Assembly: GCA_045651585.1 (NCBI GenBank)
Contig: JAZRSQ010000093.1
Span: forward strand, 19,624-83,623
From: Akkermansia sp.
Lineage (GTDB): Bacteria > Verrucomicrobiota > Verrucomicrobiia > Verrucomicrobiales > Akkermansiaceae
Reading direction: 5' to 3'
DNA: 64,000 bases
Shown: positions 19,371 to 29,900 of the stretch, one piece after another
Numbering within the stretch: position 1 is the stretch's first letter
How the letters are laid out: each line of letters opens with the position of its first letter
Translations under genes and position numbers: made by a program
Notes under the pieces: model-generated
Database searches by the model: none
Seen by the model: the letters and a program-made list of their open reading frames with translations, nothing else
What the model was told of the DNA's origin: nothing

Positions 19371-20930
19371 ATGAAAAGCCTCATCTCATGCTGTGCAACA
19401 GCCGGTGTAGCAGAATGGGTCTGCTGCCCCGGGGAACTCAATATTCCCCTGCTTTCCACACTCGCTCAGTGCCCCATTGTTCACCGCTGGAGCCAGCAGG
19501 ATGAACGAACTGCCGCCTACTTTGCGCTGGGTCGCATACAAGCTACAGCCCGCCCGGTCGCCGTTGTAGCCGGCAGTGGTGCAGCCGCAGCAGCACTGGC
19601 ACCCGCCGTGGTCGAGGCCTATTACCAGCGCCGCCCCCTCATTGTTATCACGATTGACAACAAAGAGAACGCCGGCGGCTCGGGCGCACCCGGACACATT
19701 GAGACAGAAGGACTTTTCGGCATCTACGCCCCCACCATCGAGGTAGCGCTGCCCTGCGCTGTATCCGACCTGCCGAATCTGGCCGCAAGCTGTGCAGAGG
19801 GCTTCCCCATTCACCTGAGCCTGCGACTGACGGAAGACTGCCGCAGCAGTTGCGATTTCACCGGTCTGGAAGTAGGAGAGCCCCCGGCAGCTCCTCCCTT
19901 CCGCGCCTCGCTCGTTGCACTTTCGCAGATGTTGCGTTTTCGCGCTGTGGAAGGGCTGGTGCTGGTCATCGGCGGGCTCGATCCCGACGAGCAGGAGCCG
20001 GCAGTCTGGCTGGCCCGTACCCTGCGAGTTCCGATTGTGGCAGAGGCCGCCAGTGGTCTGCGCGAGGTACTCTCCGCCTTCATGCTTCATGGTGCCGACC
20101 AGCTCCTGCCCCGCTATGCACCGCGCTACATTCTGCGTATCGGCGATGTGCCGACCGGTGCCTATTGGCGCGCGTTGGAAGATATGCCGGGAACAGAGGT
20201 ATTCTCTATTACCCGCAGCGGTTTCTCGGGTCTGTGCCGCAAGAGCACAGTGATTGAAGGTGAGCTCGAGCAGGTCATGAAGGCACTGGGCGATGTGCCC
20301 CATATCGGTGATACCGAGGGGCTTATGCAGCGCAGCCGCCGTTCCGCCGGGCGTATTGAGGAGCTGCTGCTCGCCTACCCGGAAAGCGAAGCCGCTATGG
20401 TGCGCTATTTCTCGAACCAAGCCAGCATTGCCGATGTGCTCTGTCTGGGCTCGGTCACAACCATGCGACTGTGGAATAATTACGCACAAACCCACGTTCC
20501 CACTCAATATGTGCGTGCCCACAGTACCACCGGCAGCTCCGACGGCACCGTATCGGCCTTTCTGGCCAACAGTACAGATGCCGACTACGCCTGCTGCCTG
20601 ACCGGTGACCTTGCCCTGCTGCGCGACTGTGCCGCCGCTACCATGCTGCCCCAGTTGCCCCCGGCTCGCCGTGTCGTGGCTGTGCTCAACAATGAAGGTG
20701 CCGGCAATGCCTTTACACCCGGTATGGATGCCGAGCTTCACCGCCTGATGGTTCAGCCCCCGCCCTATGACCTGCAGGAGGTTGCACGCCTGTGGGGTGC
20801 CGAGTACTATGCCATTCACTGCGAGGCTGATTTCGAAGTGCTCGATTCTCTGGAGCCCACAGCCTTTGCCCTGCTCGATATCATTCCTGATCAGGACCAG
20901 ACTGCAGCATTCAACGCTGCACTTCGATAA
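19371..20930 (+). CDS. menD: MenD-like thiamine-diphosphate enzyme (divergent)
   Basis: CPG..N.PL, DERTAAYFALG, EA.SG, ThDP motif GDLALLRD...VLNNEG. Confidence 0.7.
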   Translation: MKSLISCCATAGVAEWVCCPGELNIPLLSTLAQCPIVHRWSQQDERTAAYFALGRIQATARPVAVVAGSGAAAAALAPAVVEAYYQRRPLIVITIDNKENAGGSGAPGHIETEGLFGIYAPTIEVALPCAVSDLPNLAASCAEGFPIHLSLRLTEDCRSSCDFTGLEVGEPPAAPPFRASLVALSQMLRFRAVEGLVLVIGGLDPDEQEPAVWLARTLRVPIVAEAASGLREVLSAFMLHGADQLLPRYAPRYILRIGDVPTGAYWRALEDMPGTEVFSITRSGFSGLCRKSTVIEGELEQVMKALGDVPHIGDTEGLMQRSRRSAGRIEELLLAYPESEAAMVRYFSNQASIADVLCLGSVTTMRLWNNYAQTHVPTQYVRAHSTTGSSDGTVSAFLANSTDADYACCLTGDLALLRDCAAATMLPQLPPARRVVAVLNNEGAGNAFTPGMDAELHRLMVQPPPYDLQEVARLWGAEYYAIHCEADFEVLDSLEPTAFALLDIIPDQDQTAAFNAALR

Positions 20931-20941
20931 AGTGGCGGGGC

Positions 20942-21184
20942 TTATTCCGTTTCCTCGCTGCTCTCAGGCATCAAATCAAAGTGGCAGACCGCACGGCGGG
21001 GCTTCACCGCCAAATCAAGTGCGGCATCTGCCACATGGGAGGGGTCGGCATCAAAGCGATAAGCGTAGCAATCGGGACAGGTTGCCGCAGATTTGTCTAC
21101 AATAGAGCCACAGACCGCGCAGAGCTTATAACTCGTGGGGTCATTCGATACAGTTGTGGCGATTTCTCGGCGGTTCGTCCTCAT
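20942..21184 (-). CDS. Small CxxC-x10-CxxC zinc-ribbon protein
   Basis: YKLCAVCGSIV....TCPDCYAYRFD; start at 21184 is an estimate. Confidence 0.65.
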   Translation of the reverse strand: MRTNRREIATTVSNDPTSYKLCAVCGSIVDKSAATCPDCYAYRFDADPSHVADAALDLAVKPRRAVCHFDLMPESSEETE

Positions 21185-21304
21185 ACACACCAGTATACCC
21201 CTCTCCGTGGCTTTCTGACAAGCTTTGCCTGAGTCATATTGACCATTCTCCACCCCCCGATTCAAGGCCAAATTGCAAAATTAGAATTTTTCTAATTTTT
21301 AAGA

Positions 21305-21358
21305 TTGACATTCGGAGATATAGTGCTATTATCCGTATTCATACACCACATATAGGAT
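21305..21358 (+). promoter_or_regulatory. nrdAB promoter with tandem NrdR boxes
   Basis: TTGACA - N16 - TATTAT with TGn extension; box ACACCACATATAGGAT (21343-58) and a weaker box at 21311-26, starts 32 bp apart, the usual NrdR spacing. Confidence 0.7.
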
Positions 21359-21367
21359 TACAAGGCA

Positions 21368-23884
21368 ATGAAAATACGCAAGCGCAACGGAGCGGAGGAG
21401 CCCTACAGACGTCAGAAAATCGAGCGAGTGATACGTCTGGCCTTCGAGAGTGTGAACCAGAGCGGGGCAGAGTCAGAATCACTGGCAGCGAAGGTGGAAC
21501 AGCGCCTGTTGCAGGACAGTGGAGCCGTAGCAGTGGAGCACATTCAGGATTTGGTGGAAGAAGCCCTGATGGTCGGTGGGCACTTCGAGGCCGCGCGCAG
21601 CTTCATCCTCTACCGCAATGAGCGCCGTCGCCTGCGCGCAGCCCGCGCAGCCCTGCTGGTGTATTTTAACAACTGCCCTGCACTGTGCGCCACGTTGAAG
21701 GAGCTGCAACAGGAATTCCAAGCAGAAGAATACTCACTGAATCATCTGACCGGTAAGTTCCTGAGCTTCTACCGTCAGGATATGAACAGGGAGAGTGCCC
21801 TGCACCTGCTCACCCGCGCGGCCGGCGAACTTACATCACGGGATGCACCACAGTGGGAAATGATTGCCGCGCGTTTTCGCCTGCTGATGTTCCGCGAACA
21901 AGTACAGGAGTTTGAACAGGCACAGGGTATTAACAGTCTGTACGATAAACTGCTCCATCTCACCCGCGAGGGGCTGTACGGCCGGTACATAACCGAATCC
22001 TACACCCGCGCAGAGGTAGATGCCGCCGAACAACTGCTCCGCCCCGAGCGCGACAAACTGCTCAATTACTCCGGGCTGGAGATGCTCATCGGTCGTTATC
22101 TCATCCGCACCCGCAACGGCGAAGTACCGGAAACACCGCAGGAAATGTTCCTGGGTATCGCCCTGCACTTGGCCATGAATGAAGAGCAAGACCGCTTGGA
22201 GTGGGTTAAGCGCTTCTATGACATGCTCAGCACGCTGAAAGTCACCATGGCCACCCCCACTTTGGCCAATGCCCGCAAACCGTTCCACCAGCTTTCCTCC
22301 TGTTTTATCGACACCGTGCCTGACAGTTTGGAGGGCATATACCGCAGCATTGATAACTTTGCGCAGGTGAGCAAGTTCGGTGGTGGCATGGGGCTGTACT
22401 TCGGCAAAGTGAGAGCGGCCGGGAGCGCCATACGCGGATTCCCCGGTGCGGCCGGTGGCGTCATACGCTGGATAAAGCTGGCCAACGACACCGCCGTAGC
22501 CGTTGACCAGCTGGGGGTTCGACAGGGAGCCGTAGCCGTGTATCTGGATGTCTGGCACCGCGACCTGCCGGAATTCCTTGCCCTGCGCACCAACAATGGC
22601 GACGATCGCCTGAAAGCCCATGACGTGTTCCCCGCCGTCTGTTACCCCGACTATTTCTGGCAGCAGGCACGCGACAACATCAACGCGCTCTGGCACCTCA
22701 TGTGTCCGCACGAAATCCGCTGCGTGAAAGGGTACTCCCTCGAGGACTTCTGGGGCGAGGAATGGGAGCAGCGCTACCTCGCCTGTGTGGCTGACCCGCG
22801 CATTCACAAGCGTAGCCTGCCCATTAAAGACATCGTGCGCCTTATCCTCAAAAGCGCGGTGGAAACCGGTACCCCTTTTGCCTTCAACCGCGACCTCGTG
22901 AACCGAGCCAACCCGAATAAGCACACCGGCATCATTTACAGCAGCAACCTCTGCACCGAAATCGCCCAGAACATGAGTGCTATCGAGGGAGTGAAACAGG
23001 AAATCAAAACTATTGACGGCGAGACAGTTGTCGTTACAACAACCCGTCCGGGCAATTTCGTGGTCTGCAATCTGGCCAGCCTGTCCCTCGGTCGCATCGA
23101 CACCACCAACGCGGAAGAAGTCGCAGACATCACCCGCAGTGCAGTGCGAGCACTCGATAATGTGATTGATTTGAACTTCTACCCTCTGCCTTACGCAGCT
23201 GTTACCAACCGGGCATACCGCCCCATCGGTCTGGGAGTGAGTGGTTACCACCACATGCTGGCCAAGCGTGCCGTGCGCTGGGAAAGCGATGAGCACCTCA
23301 AGCTGGCAGATGAACTCTTTGAACAGATTAACCATGCAGCCATTGCCGCCAGCTGCGAAATTGCCGAGCAGAAGGGCGCCTACCGACATTTTGAAGGCAG
23401 TGAATGGCAGAGTGGTGAGTACTTCAGTCGCCGTGGCTATACAGCCCCCCACTGGCAGGAACTACAGCAGCGAGTGGCAACCCACGGACTGCGCAATGCC
23501 TGGTTGCTGGCCGTAGCCCCCACCAGCAGCACCGGCACCATTGCCGGAACGACAGCCGGTATTGACCCCGTCATGAAACTCTTCTTCATGGAAGAGCGCA
23601 AAACCGGGCTCATGCCCCGCGTGGCGCCAGATCTTTCGCTGAGCACACTCTGGTTCTACAAGAGCGCTCACCACATTGACCAGCAGTGGTCTGTGCGTGC
23701 AGCAGGCGTGCGCCAGCGCCATATCGACCAAGCCCAGAGCATGAACCTCTACATCACCAACGACTACACCCTCCGTCAAATCCTCAACCTGTACATCCTC
23801 GCCTGGGAAAGCGGGGTGAAAACCGTGTACTACATTCGTTCCAAGAGCCTCGAAATAGAAGAATGCGAATCATGCAGCAGTTAA
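21368..23884 (+). CDS. nrdA: Class I ribonucleotide reductase alpha subunit with N-terminal ATP cone
   Basis: IRKRNG ATP cone, ATPTL, LSSCF, SNLCTEI, CNLASL, APTSST, GVKTVYY, C-terminal CESC. Confidence 0.97.
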   Translation: MKIRKRNGAEEPYRRQKIERVIRLAFESVNQSGAESESLAAKVEQRLLQDSGAVAVEHIQDLVEEALMVGGHFEAARSFILYRNERRRLRAARAALLVYFNNCPALCATLKELQQEFQAEEYSLNHLTGKFLSFYRQDMNRESALHLLTRAAGELTSRDAPQWEMIAARFRLLMFREQVQEFEQAQGINSLYDKLLHLTREGLYGRYITESYTRAEVDAAEQLLRPERDKLLNYSGLEMLIGRYLIRTRNGEVPETPQEMFLGIALHLAMNEEQDRLEWVKRFYDMLSTLKVTMATPTLANARKPFHQLSSCFIDTVPDSLEGIYRSIDNFAQVSKFGGGMGLYFGKVRAAGSAIRGFPGAAGGVIRWIKLANDTAVAVDQLGVRQGAVAVYLDVWHRDLPEFLALRTNNGDDRLKAHDVFPAVCYPDYFWQQARDNINALWHLMCPHEIRCVKGYSLEDFWGEEWEQRYLACVADPRIHKRSLPIKDIVRLILKSAVETGTPFAFNRDLVNRANPNKHTGIIYSSNLCTEIAQNMSAIEGVKQEIKTIDGETVVVTTTRPGNFVVCNLASLSLGRIDTTNAEEVADITRSAVRALDNVIDLNFYPLPYAAVTNRAYRPIGLGVSGYHHMLAKRAVRWESDEHLKLADELFEQINHAAIAASCEIAEQKGAYRHFEGSEWQSGEYFSRRGYTAPHWQELQQRVATHGLRNAWLLAVAPTSSTGTIAGTTAGIDPVMKLFFMEERKTGLMPRVAPDLSLSTLWFYKSAHHIDQQWSVRAAGVRQRHIDQAQSMNLYITNDYTLRQILNLYILAWESGVKTVYYIRSKSLEIEECESCSS

Positions 23885-24915
23885 CCCGTAAGCCCCTGTT
23901 CAACCCGCTCGGCGATGCCGACATCAACGCTCGCCGCATCATCGGTGGCAATACCACTAACCTCAACGACTTCAACAACATGAAGTACGCCTGGGTCAGT
24001 AAGTGGTACCGCCAAGCCATGAATAATTTCTGGATTCCCGAAGAAATTAATCTCGCGGCCGATGTGAAGGATTACCCGCGACTCTCCCCCGCAGAACGCC
24101 GCGCGTACGATAAGATACTCTCCTTCCTCGTGTTCCTCGACAGTATTCAGACTGCCAACCTCCCCTCGGTCGGTGAGTATGTAACGGCGAACGAAGTCAA
24201 CCTGTGCCTGTGCATACAGGCCTTCCAAGAGGCCGTTCACAGCCAGAGCTACAGCTACATGCTCGATACCATCTGCGAACCACAGCAGCGCACCGATGTG
24301 CTCTACCAGTGGCGTACCGACGAACATCTACTGCGCCGCAATACCTTCATCGGCAATCTTTACAACGATTTCCAGCAGAACAAAACGCCGCAGGCATTTG
24401 CCCGCACGCTGGTGGCCAACTACATTTTGGAGGGCATCTACTTCTACAGCGGGTTCATGTTCTTCTACAACCTCGGGCGCAACAACAAAATGCCCGGTTC
24501 GGCTCAGGAAATCCGCTACATCAACCGCGATGAAAATACCCACCTCTGGCTCTTCAGCAACATCATACGCGAATTGCAGCGCGAGCAGCCCGAACTCTTC
24601 ACCCCGGAGTTGGTGCAGGAATATCGGGATATGATTCGCGAAGGGGCAGAACAGGAAATCGCCTGGGGCTGCTACGTCATCGGCGATGAAATCCCCGGTC
24701 TGTCCAAACAGATGATAACGGCCTATATCCGCTACCTTGCCAACCTGCGCTGCCGTAACCTCGGGTTCGAGCCGATTTATGAAGGCCACGACAAAGAACC
24801 TGCCGAGTGCAGCTGGGTCTCGCAATTCAGCAATGCCAATATGATTAAGACCGATTTCTTCGAGGCCCGCAGTACGGCCTATGCGAAGAGTACGGCTCTG
24901 GTGGATGATTTGTAA
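23872..24915 (+). CDS. nrdB: Class Ia ribonucleotide reductase beta subunit
   Basis: W.PEEI, FLDSIQ, EAVHSQSYSY (radical Tyr present), LEGIYFY, DENTH. Confidence 0.96.
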   Translation: MQQLTRKPLFNPLGDADINARRIIGGNTTNLNDFNNMKYAWVSKWYRQAMNNFWIPEEINLAADVKDYPRLSPAERRAYDKILSFLVFLDSIQTANLPSVGEYVTANEVNLCLCIQAFQEAVHSQSYSYMLDTICEPQQRTDVLYQWRTDEHLLRRNTFIGNLYNDFQQNKTPQAFARTLVANYILEGIYFYSGFMFFYNLGRNNKMPGSAQEIRYINRDENTHLWLFSNIIRELQREQPELFTPELVQEYRDMIREGAEQEIAWGCYVIGDEIPGLSKQMITAYIRYLANLRCRNLGFEPIYEGHDKEPAECSWVSQFSNANMIKTDFFEARSTAYAKSTALVDDL

Positions 24916-24933
24916 AAATCATCCACCACATCA

Positions 24934-24981
24934 CAAGCTCAATCGAGCTTGTTTTCACCATGGGCGCAGCCCATTTTTCAC
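24934..24981 (+). repeat. Two hairpin+TTTTCAC units after nrdB (tandem terminator-like)
   Basis: CAAGCTC-AATC-GAGCTTG-TTTTCACC-ATGGGC-GCA-GCCCAT-TTTTCAC. Confidence 0.8.
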
Positions 24982-25008
24982 AATCATTAAACCGTTCTTT
25001 CTTGTTAA

Positions 25009-25359
25009 TTAATTGGAAGACTTTGCCGTATTCAATGACTTAATCAACATAAAGCGAATTCTATTGCACATGCCAATTAAAGAATCAGTATCTGACGCAG
25101 TCACAGTACCGGAACGAACAAACAGCTGCAGCCAATAATGCGTCTCATTACATTCTTTCAAAGCCGTCTGGAGTTAAAAAATGAAGTCATCCTTACTATA
25201 CCCATACTGAGCCTCATGAATATTGGCCCCTATGCTGCATGCAGCACGTAAAAGTTGATTCTTCAATGGGCCACGATTATGAATATTGTCGCACATGCTG
25301 ATAACAGCCACAGCTAAATCCATTGATTGCTTAATGAGAGGTCCTTCCATAGAGAACAT
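25009..25359 (-). pseudogene. Four-helix-bundle (23S rRNA IVP-type) protein gene with one in-frame TAA
   Basis: QLLRAACSIGANIHEAQYGYSKDDFIF*LQTALKECNETHYWLQL...; frame continues 54 sense codons after the stop (25174-76) to TAA at 25009. Confidence 0.85.
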
Positions 25360-25371
25360 TGTTTTTTTAAA

Positions 25372-25480
25372 GTGAAAACCGCGCTGTGCGCGGGGTGAAA
25401 AAAGCCCTTGTAGGGCTTGGTGAAAACATGGCTACGCCATGCGTGAAAAACGAGGCGAGGTCTTTCGACCTCGCCTCGTT
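25372..25480 (+). repeat. Four GTGAAAA+hairpin units; the last is the RND operon terminator
   Basis: GTGAAAA before each of CCGCGC-TGT-GCGCGG, AAGCCCT-TGT-AGGGCTT, CATGGC-TAC-GCCATG and CGAGGCGAGGTC-TTTC-GACCTCGCCTCG. Confidence 0.85.
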
Positions 25481-25494
25481 GATTGATGGAGAAA

Positions 25495-26889
25495 TCACTT
25501 CTGCCAGCCGCCACCCAACTGGGTGTAGAGGGTCGGGATGCAGGCTGCGTACTGATAGCGGTAGTTCGCAAGCTGCTTCTGGGCGGGGAAGAGTCTCAGC
25601 TGGTTATCGAGCACTTCGAAGTAGGCGGAGTAGCCTTCCTTGTAACGCTGCTTGGCAAGGGAAACGGACTGCTCGTAGGCGGCCACGGCGGCCTCCTGCT
25701 TGGAGATTACCTCGCGGAGCTTCTGGCGCTGAACCAGCGTGCTGGCGACCTCGGAAAGAGCATTCAGCACGGCCTGCTCGTAATCAGCCTTGGCGGCAAG
25801 GAAAGCTTCCTTCTTAGCGGCCTCATTGGCAGTCAGGCGACCGGCCTGGAAGAGAGGCCCTGTAAGGTTGGCGCCAATACCCCAACCATGCTTGCGACCG
25901 AATACATCATGGCGCAAATCGGGGGAAGCATAGCCAGCGGCACCGGTCAGGCTGATGGAGGGGAAATAACTGGCGATAGCCACTCCAACCTCAGCATTGG
26001 CAGCGCGCAGAGCCTGCTCCTTGGCACGAATGTCAGGACGGCGGGAAAGCACGTCGGCAGGAATACCGGCAGCTACCTTGGAGGCATTCATGTAGGACTT
26101 CAGGCTGCCACTGCGGGCGATGTGGCCGGGGGCGCGACCGGCAAGCATGCTGAGGGTATTCTCAAGCGCGGCAATCTGCATTTCAAGGGCGGGAGCCTCG
26201 GCCTCGGCAGAAGCAAGGGCAGCCTGAGCACTGGCTACCTGCAGCTTATCCACCACACCCTCCTTGAACTGATCATTGAAGAGATTAAGAGTGTCGCGAT
26301 AGGACTCCATGCTCTCACGGGTAATGCGAAGCTGCTCGTCAAGCATAAGCAACTGCAGATAACCGGAAGCCACCTGGCGCATGAGGGAGATACGCAAGTT
26401 GTTGAGCTCCTCGGCAGCCTCCTCGGCAGAAGCCTCGGCGCTCTCTACCTCACGACGGGTTTTGCCCCAGATGTCAATCTCCCAACTGGCACTCAGAGCG
26501 GCAGAGCCGGGATTCGTGGTCATGCTGCCGGTGTTTGTAATATTAGCACCACCGGCAGAGTTCATGCCCTTCGATGTAGAAGCACCGTAGCCCAGAGAGG
26601 GGAAAATGGGAGAACGAGCAATTGTCACATACTGACGAGCTGCCTCAACGTTGTGCTGCAGAGCTGCAATATTGCGATTGCTGTTGAAAACATCCGTCAG
26701 GAGAGCCTGCAGATTCTTATCCTTCATAACAGCCTGCCAGGGCAGGTCTGCCATGTTGCTTTCACCTACACCGGCTCCGCGGAACACGGCAGGTACTTCC
26801 ATCTGGGGCTTTTCCCAGCTCGGGCCAAGCGTGCATGCGGTGGACATCACCACAACACCGGCAAGGGCTATTAATGCGTTTTTTGTCAT
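25495..26889 (-). CDS. RND efflux outer-membrane factor (OprM/NodT-like lipoprotein)
   Basis: Lipobox STA-C, WEIDIWG..RR, GIPADVLSRRPDI, LYTQLGGGW. Confidence 0.93.
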   Translation of the reverse strand: MTKNALIALAGVVVMSTACTLGPSWEKPQMEVPAVFRGAGVGESNMADLPWQAVMKDKNLQALLTDVFNSNRNIAALQHNVEAARQYVTIARSPIFPSLGYGASTSKGMNSAGGANITNTGSMTTNPGSAALSASWEIDIWGKTRREVESAEASAEEAAEELNNLRISLMRQVASGYLQLLMLDEQLRITRESMESYRDTLNLFNDQFKEGVVDKLQVASAQAALASAEAEAPALEMQIAALENTLSMLAGRAPGHIARSGSLKSYMNASKVAAGIPADVLSRRPDIRAKEQALRAANAEVGVAIASYFPSISLTGAAGYASPDLRHDVFGRKHGWGIGANLTGPLFQAGRLTANEAAKKEAFLAAKADYEQAVLNALSEVASTLVQRQKLREVISKQEAAVAAYEQSVSLAKQRYKEGYSAYFEVLDNQLRLFPAQKQLANYRYQYAACIPTLYTQLGGGWQK

Positions 26890-26930
26890 ATTGTTTACGA
26901 GGTTTGAGAGTTAAGGAAATATTTCAGTTA

Positions 26931-29900
26931 TCAGTGACTATCATTTTCGTGCTCAATCAGGTAACGGCGTGCACCCTCTTCATCGGGGTCGGCCGCAAGA
27001 GTCTTGCGCTCGAACTTAATGCGGAAGAGACGCATGATGAACACGTAGGAACAGGGAATAAGGAATACACCCACCAGAGTGGCCACAGTCATACCGGCCA
27101 CCACCACCACGCCGATGGCGTTGCGGGCAAGTGCACCCGAACCACTGGAGAGCAGCAACGGAATACAGCCCAGAATGAAGGCCAGCGAGGTCATGATAAT
27201 GGGGCGCAGTCGCAGGTTGGCAGCCACGAGGGTAGCCTCCATCAGGCTCTTTCCTCGCTCCATTTCAAGGTTGGCGAACTCCACAATCAGAATGGCGTTC
27301 TTAGCGGCGAGACCCACCAGCATGATGAGGCCCACCTGAGCATAGAGCGTAAGGTCGAGGTTCCACACATAAAGCCCCATGTAGGCACCCAGCACAGCGA
27401 TGGGCACGGTCATGAATACCGAAATGGGCAGCGACCACTTCTCGTACAGAGCCACCAGAATGAGGAAGGCAAAGAAGCCGGACATGCAGAAAATCGTACC
27501 CAGACCTGTGCTGTTACGCACCTTGTTTTCCTGGAAGGACATATCCTGGTAGTCCATACCGACCTTCGTCTTGTCCATGGTCTGCTCGAACACCTCTTCC
27601 ATGGCCTCCATCAGCTGCTGAGTGGAATAGCCGGGATTGGGCATGACGTTGAGCTTAGCGGCATTGTAGCCGTTATGGTGCATCACGAACTCCGTATCGG
27701 CAATATCGCTGATGCTCACAATGGCATCCAACGGTACACGCTCGCCCTTCTTGTTAATGACGAAGAAGCCGTTCATCTGCTCCAGGTTCACACGGTCAGC
27801 ACCGCGAGCCTGCATGAACACCTGCCACTGCTGGCCGAAGGCATTGAAGAAGTTCACGAACGAGGAACCATAGTAGGAGGCGAGCACGCCATAGGCATCA
27901 CCAATGCTCACTCCGTACTTCTGGCACTTGGCACGGTCGAGGGTCAGGTACTTCTGTGGCACGTCCGCCATCATCATATCACGGCACATAGCCACTTCCT
28001 TACGATTAGCGGCTGCCTGATTGAACTTCTGTACCTGCTGGTAAAGGAACTCCACACCCTGACCTTCGAGGTCAGTCAGCACCATGGTTACACCGTTGGC
28101 GGTACCCACACCGGGAATTGCCGGGGGGATGAGAACCATGGGTATACCATCGAGGCCGGCCATAGCGCAACGAGCGGTCAGGCGCTGCTGCACCTGCGCA
28201 GCTGTTTCGGAGCGCTCGCTCCAGTCCTTCAGCTGCACGAAGGCGATGGCAGCGCCGGGGGTCTGCACCATGTTGAGAATATTGATACCCACCACCGATG
28301 TCAGGTTCTTGATGGCCGGATCGGGGTTATCGGCAGGGCCGGCGAGAGCATCCTCAAACTTCTTAGCCTCGACCAAGGAGCGCTGCAGGGAGTTCTCGGG
28401 CTTCATCACCAGAGCAGCCAGCAGGAAGCCCTGGTCCTCATCGGGCAGGAATGCACCGGGCACCTTGCTGCTCATGGGGGCAATAGCAGCCCAGAGCAGC
28501 AGCAGGATGGGCATGGAAATAATCAGCTTGCGTGCCAGACCACCGCAAATACGAGTATACACACCGGCGGTGCTGTCGTAGGCCTTGTTGAACAAGCGGA
28601 AGAAGGGCTTGGCAATACCGTGGTTCAGTTTGAACACGATGCGACGCAGCGGATTTTTCGGCTCAGTATTTTCCTCCTCCTTGCTCTTGAGCATGAGTGC
28701 GCAGAGTGCAGGAGAAAGAGTAAGAGCGTTGAAGGCTGAAATCAGCATCGAAATAGCAATGGTGATAGCGAACTGCTTAAAGAGCGTGCCGGTAATACCC
28801 TCGAGCATGAGTGAGGGAAGGAACACGGCAGCCAGCACCAGAGCAATGGCGATAACCGGACCACTCACCTCCTGCATGGCGGCAAAGGAGGCCATGCGCG
28901 GGTTAAGCCCCTTCTCAATATGGTGCTGCACTGCTTCCACCACCACGATGGCGTCGTCCACCACCAGACCGATGGCCAGCACCATACCGAGCAAAGAAAT
29001 GGTGTTCAGCGTGAAGCCCAGCAGAGGGAACACACAGAAAGTGGAAATCAGCGACACCGGCACAGCAATCAGCGGGATAACCGTAGCGCGCCAGCTCTGC
29101 AGGAACAGGAACACCACCAGAGCTACCAGCACGATAGCCTCGATGAAAGTCTGCTTAATCTCCTCGATGGAGTAACGCACGGAGGTCGTGGTGTCGAGAG
29201 ATACGTTGCCCTCAATACCGGGGGGCAGAGCCTTGCTTGCCAGCAGAGCACTCACACGGTCAACCGTTTGAATGGCATTGGAACCGGGAGACTGGAAAAT
29301 CACCACACTGGCAGCCGGCTTACGGTTCAGACGACCGGTTACGGAATAGTCGGCCGAGCCCAGCTCAATCGTGGCGATGTCCTTCAGGAATACCACTTCA
29401 TTACCACGCTGGCGCACGATGATCTGCTCAAACTGTTCAGGGGTGGACAGTCGACCCTCGGTACGAATGGTAACGGTCGTCTCCTGACCGGCAGGCACAG
29501 GATCAGCACCGACTTTACCGCCGGGATTGGTCACGTTCTGCAGGCGGATAGCTCCCTGCACTTCATTCAGGGAGATACCGAAGTGGGACATCTTGACGGT
29601 ATTGAGCCATATACGTATAGCATATCGACCGGCACCATAGACCGTCACCTCACCCACACCGGGCACGCGCTTAATCTCATCGAGCAGCTTCACCTGCGCG
29701 TAGTTGGACAGGTCCACAGAATCGTAGGAGCCATCCGGCGAGGTGAGCGAATAAATCATAAGCGGCAGACCGGGCTGCTGGCGAATGGTGATACCGGAGT
29801 TCAGCACCTCTGTGGGCACCTGCGACTGAGCCTGACCGTAGCGCATGTTGGTGAGCACCTGGTCCAAGTCGGGATCGGAGCCGGGCTCGAATACCACCTG

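Noticed and set aside
19371-20930. Isolated menD as a novel pathway
   Set aside because: Dispersed men genes are common, and the other pathway genes may lie outside the window
25174-25176. Programmed stop-codon recoding in the IVP gene
   Set aside because: TAA is not a Sec/Pyl codon, and other genes in the window end in TAA normally
25372-25480. Mini-CRISPR or integron attC sites
   Set aside because: The constant part is only 7 nt, the variable parts are palindromes, and there are no RYYYAAC/GTTRRRY ends, integron integrase or cas genes
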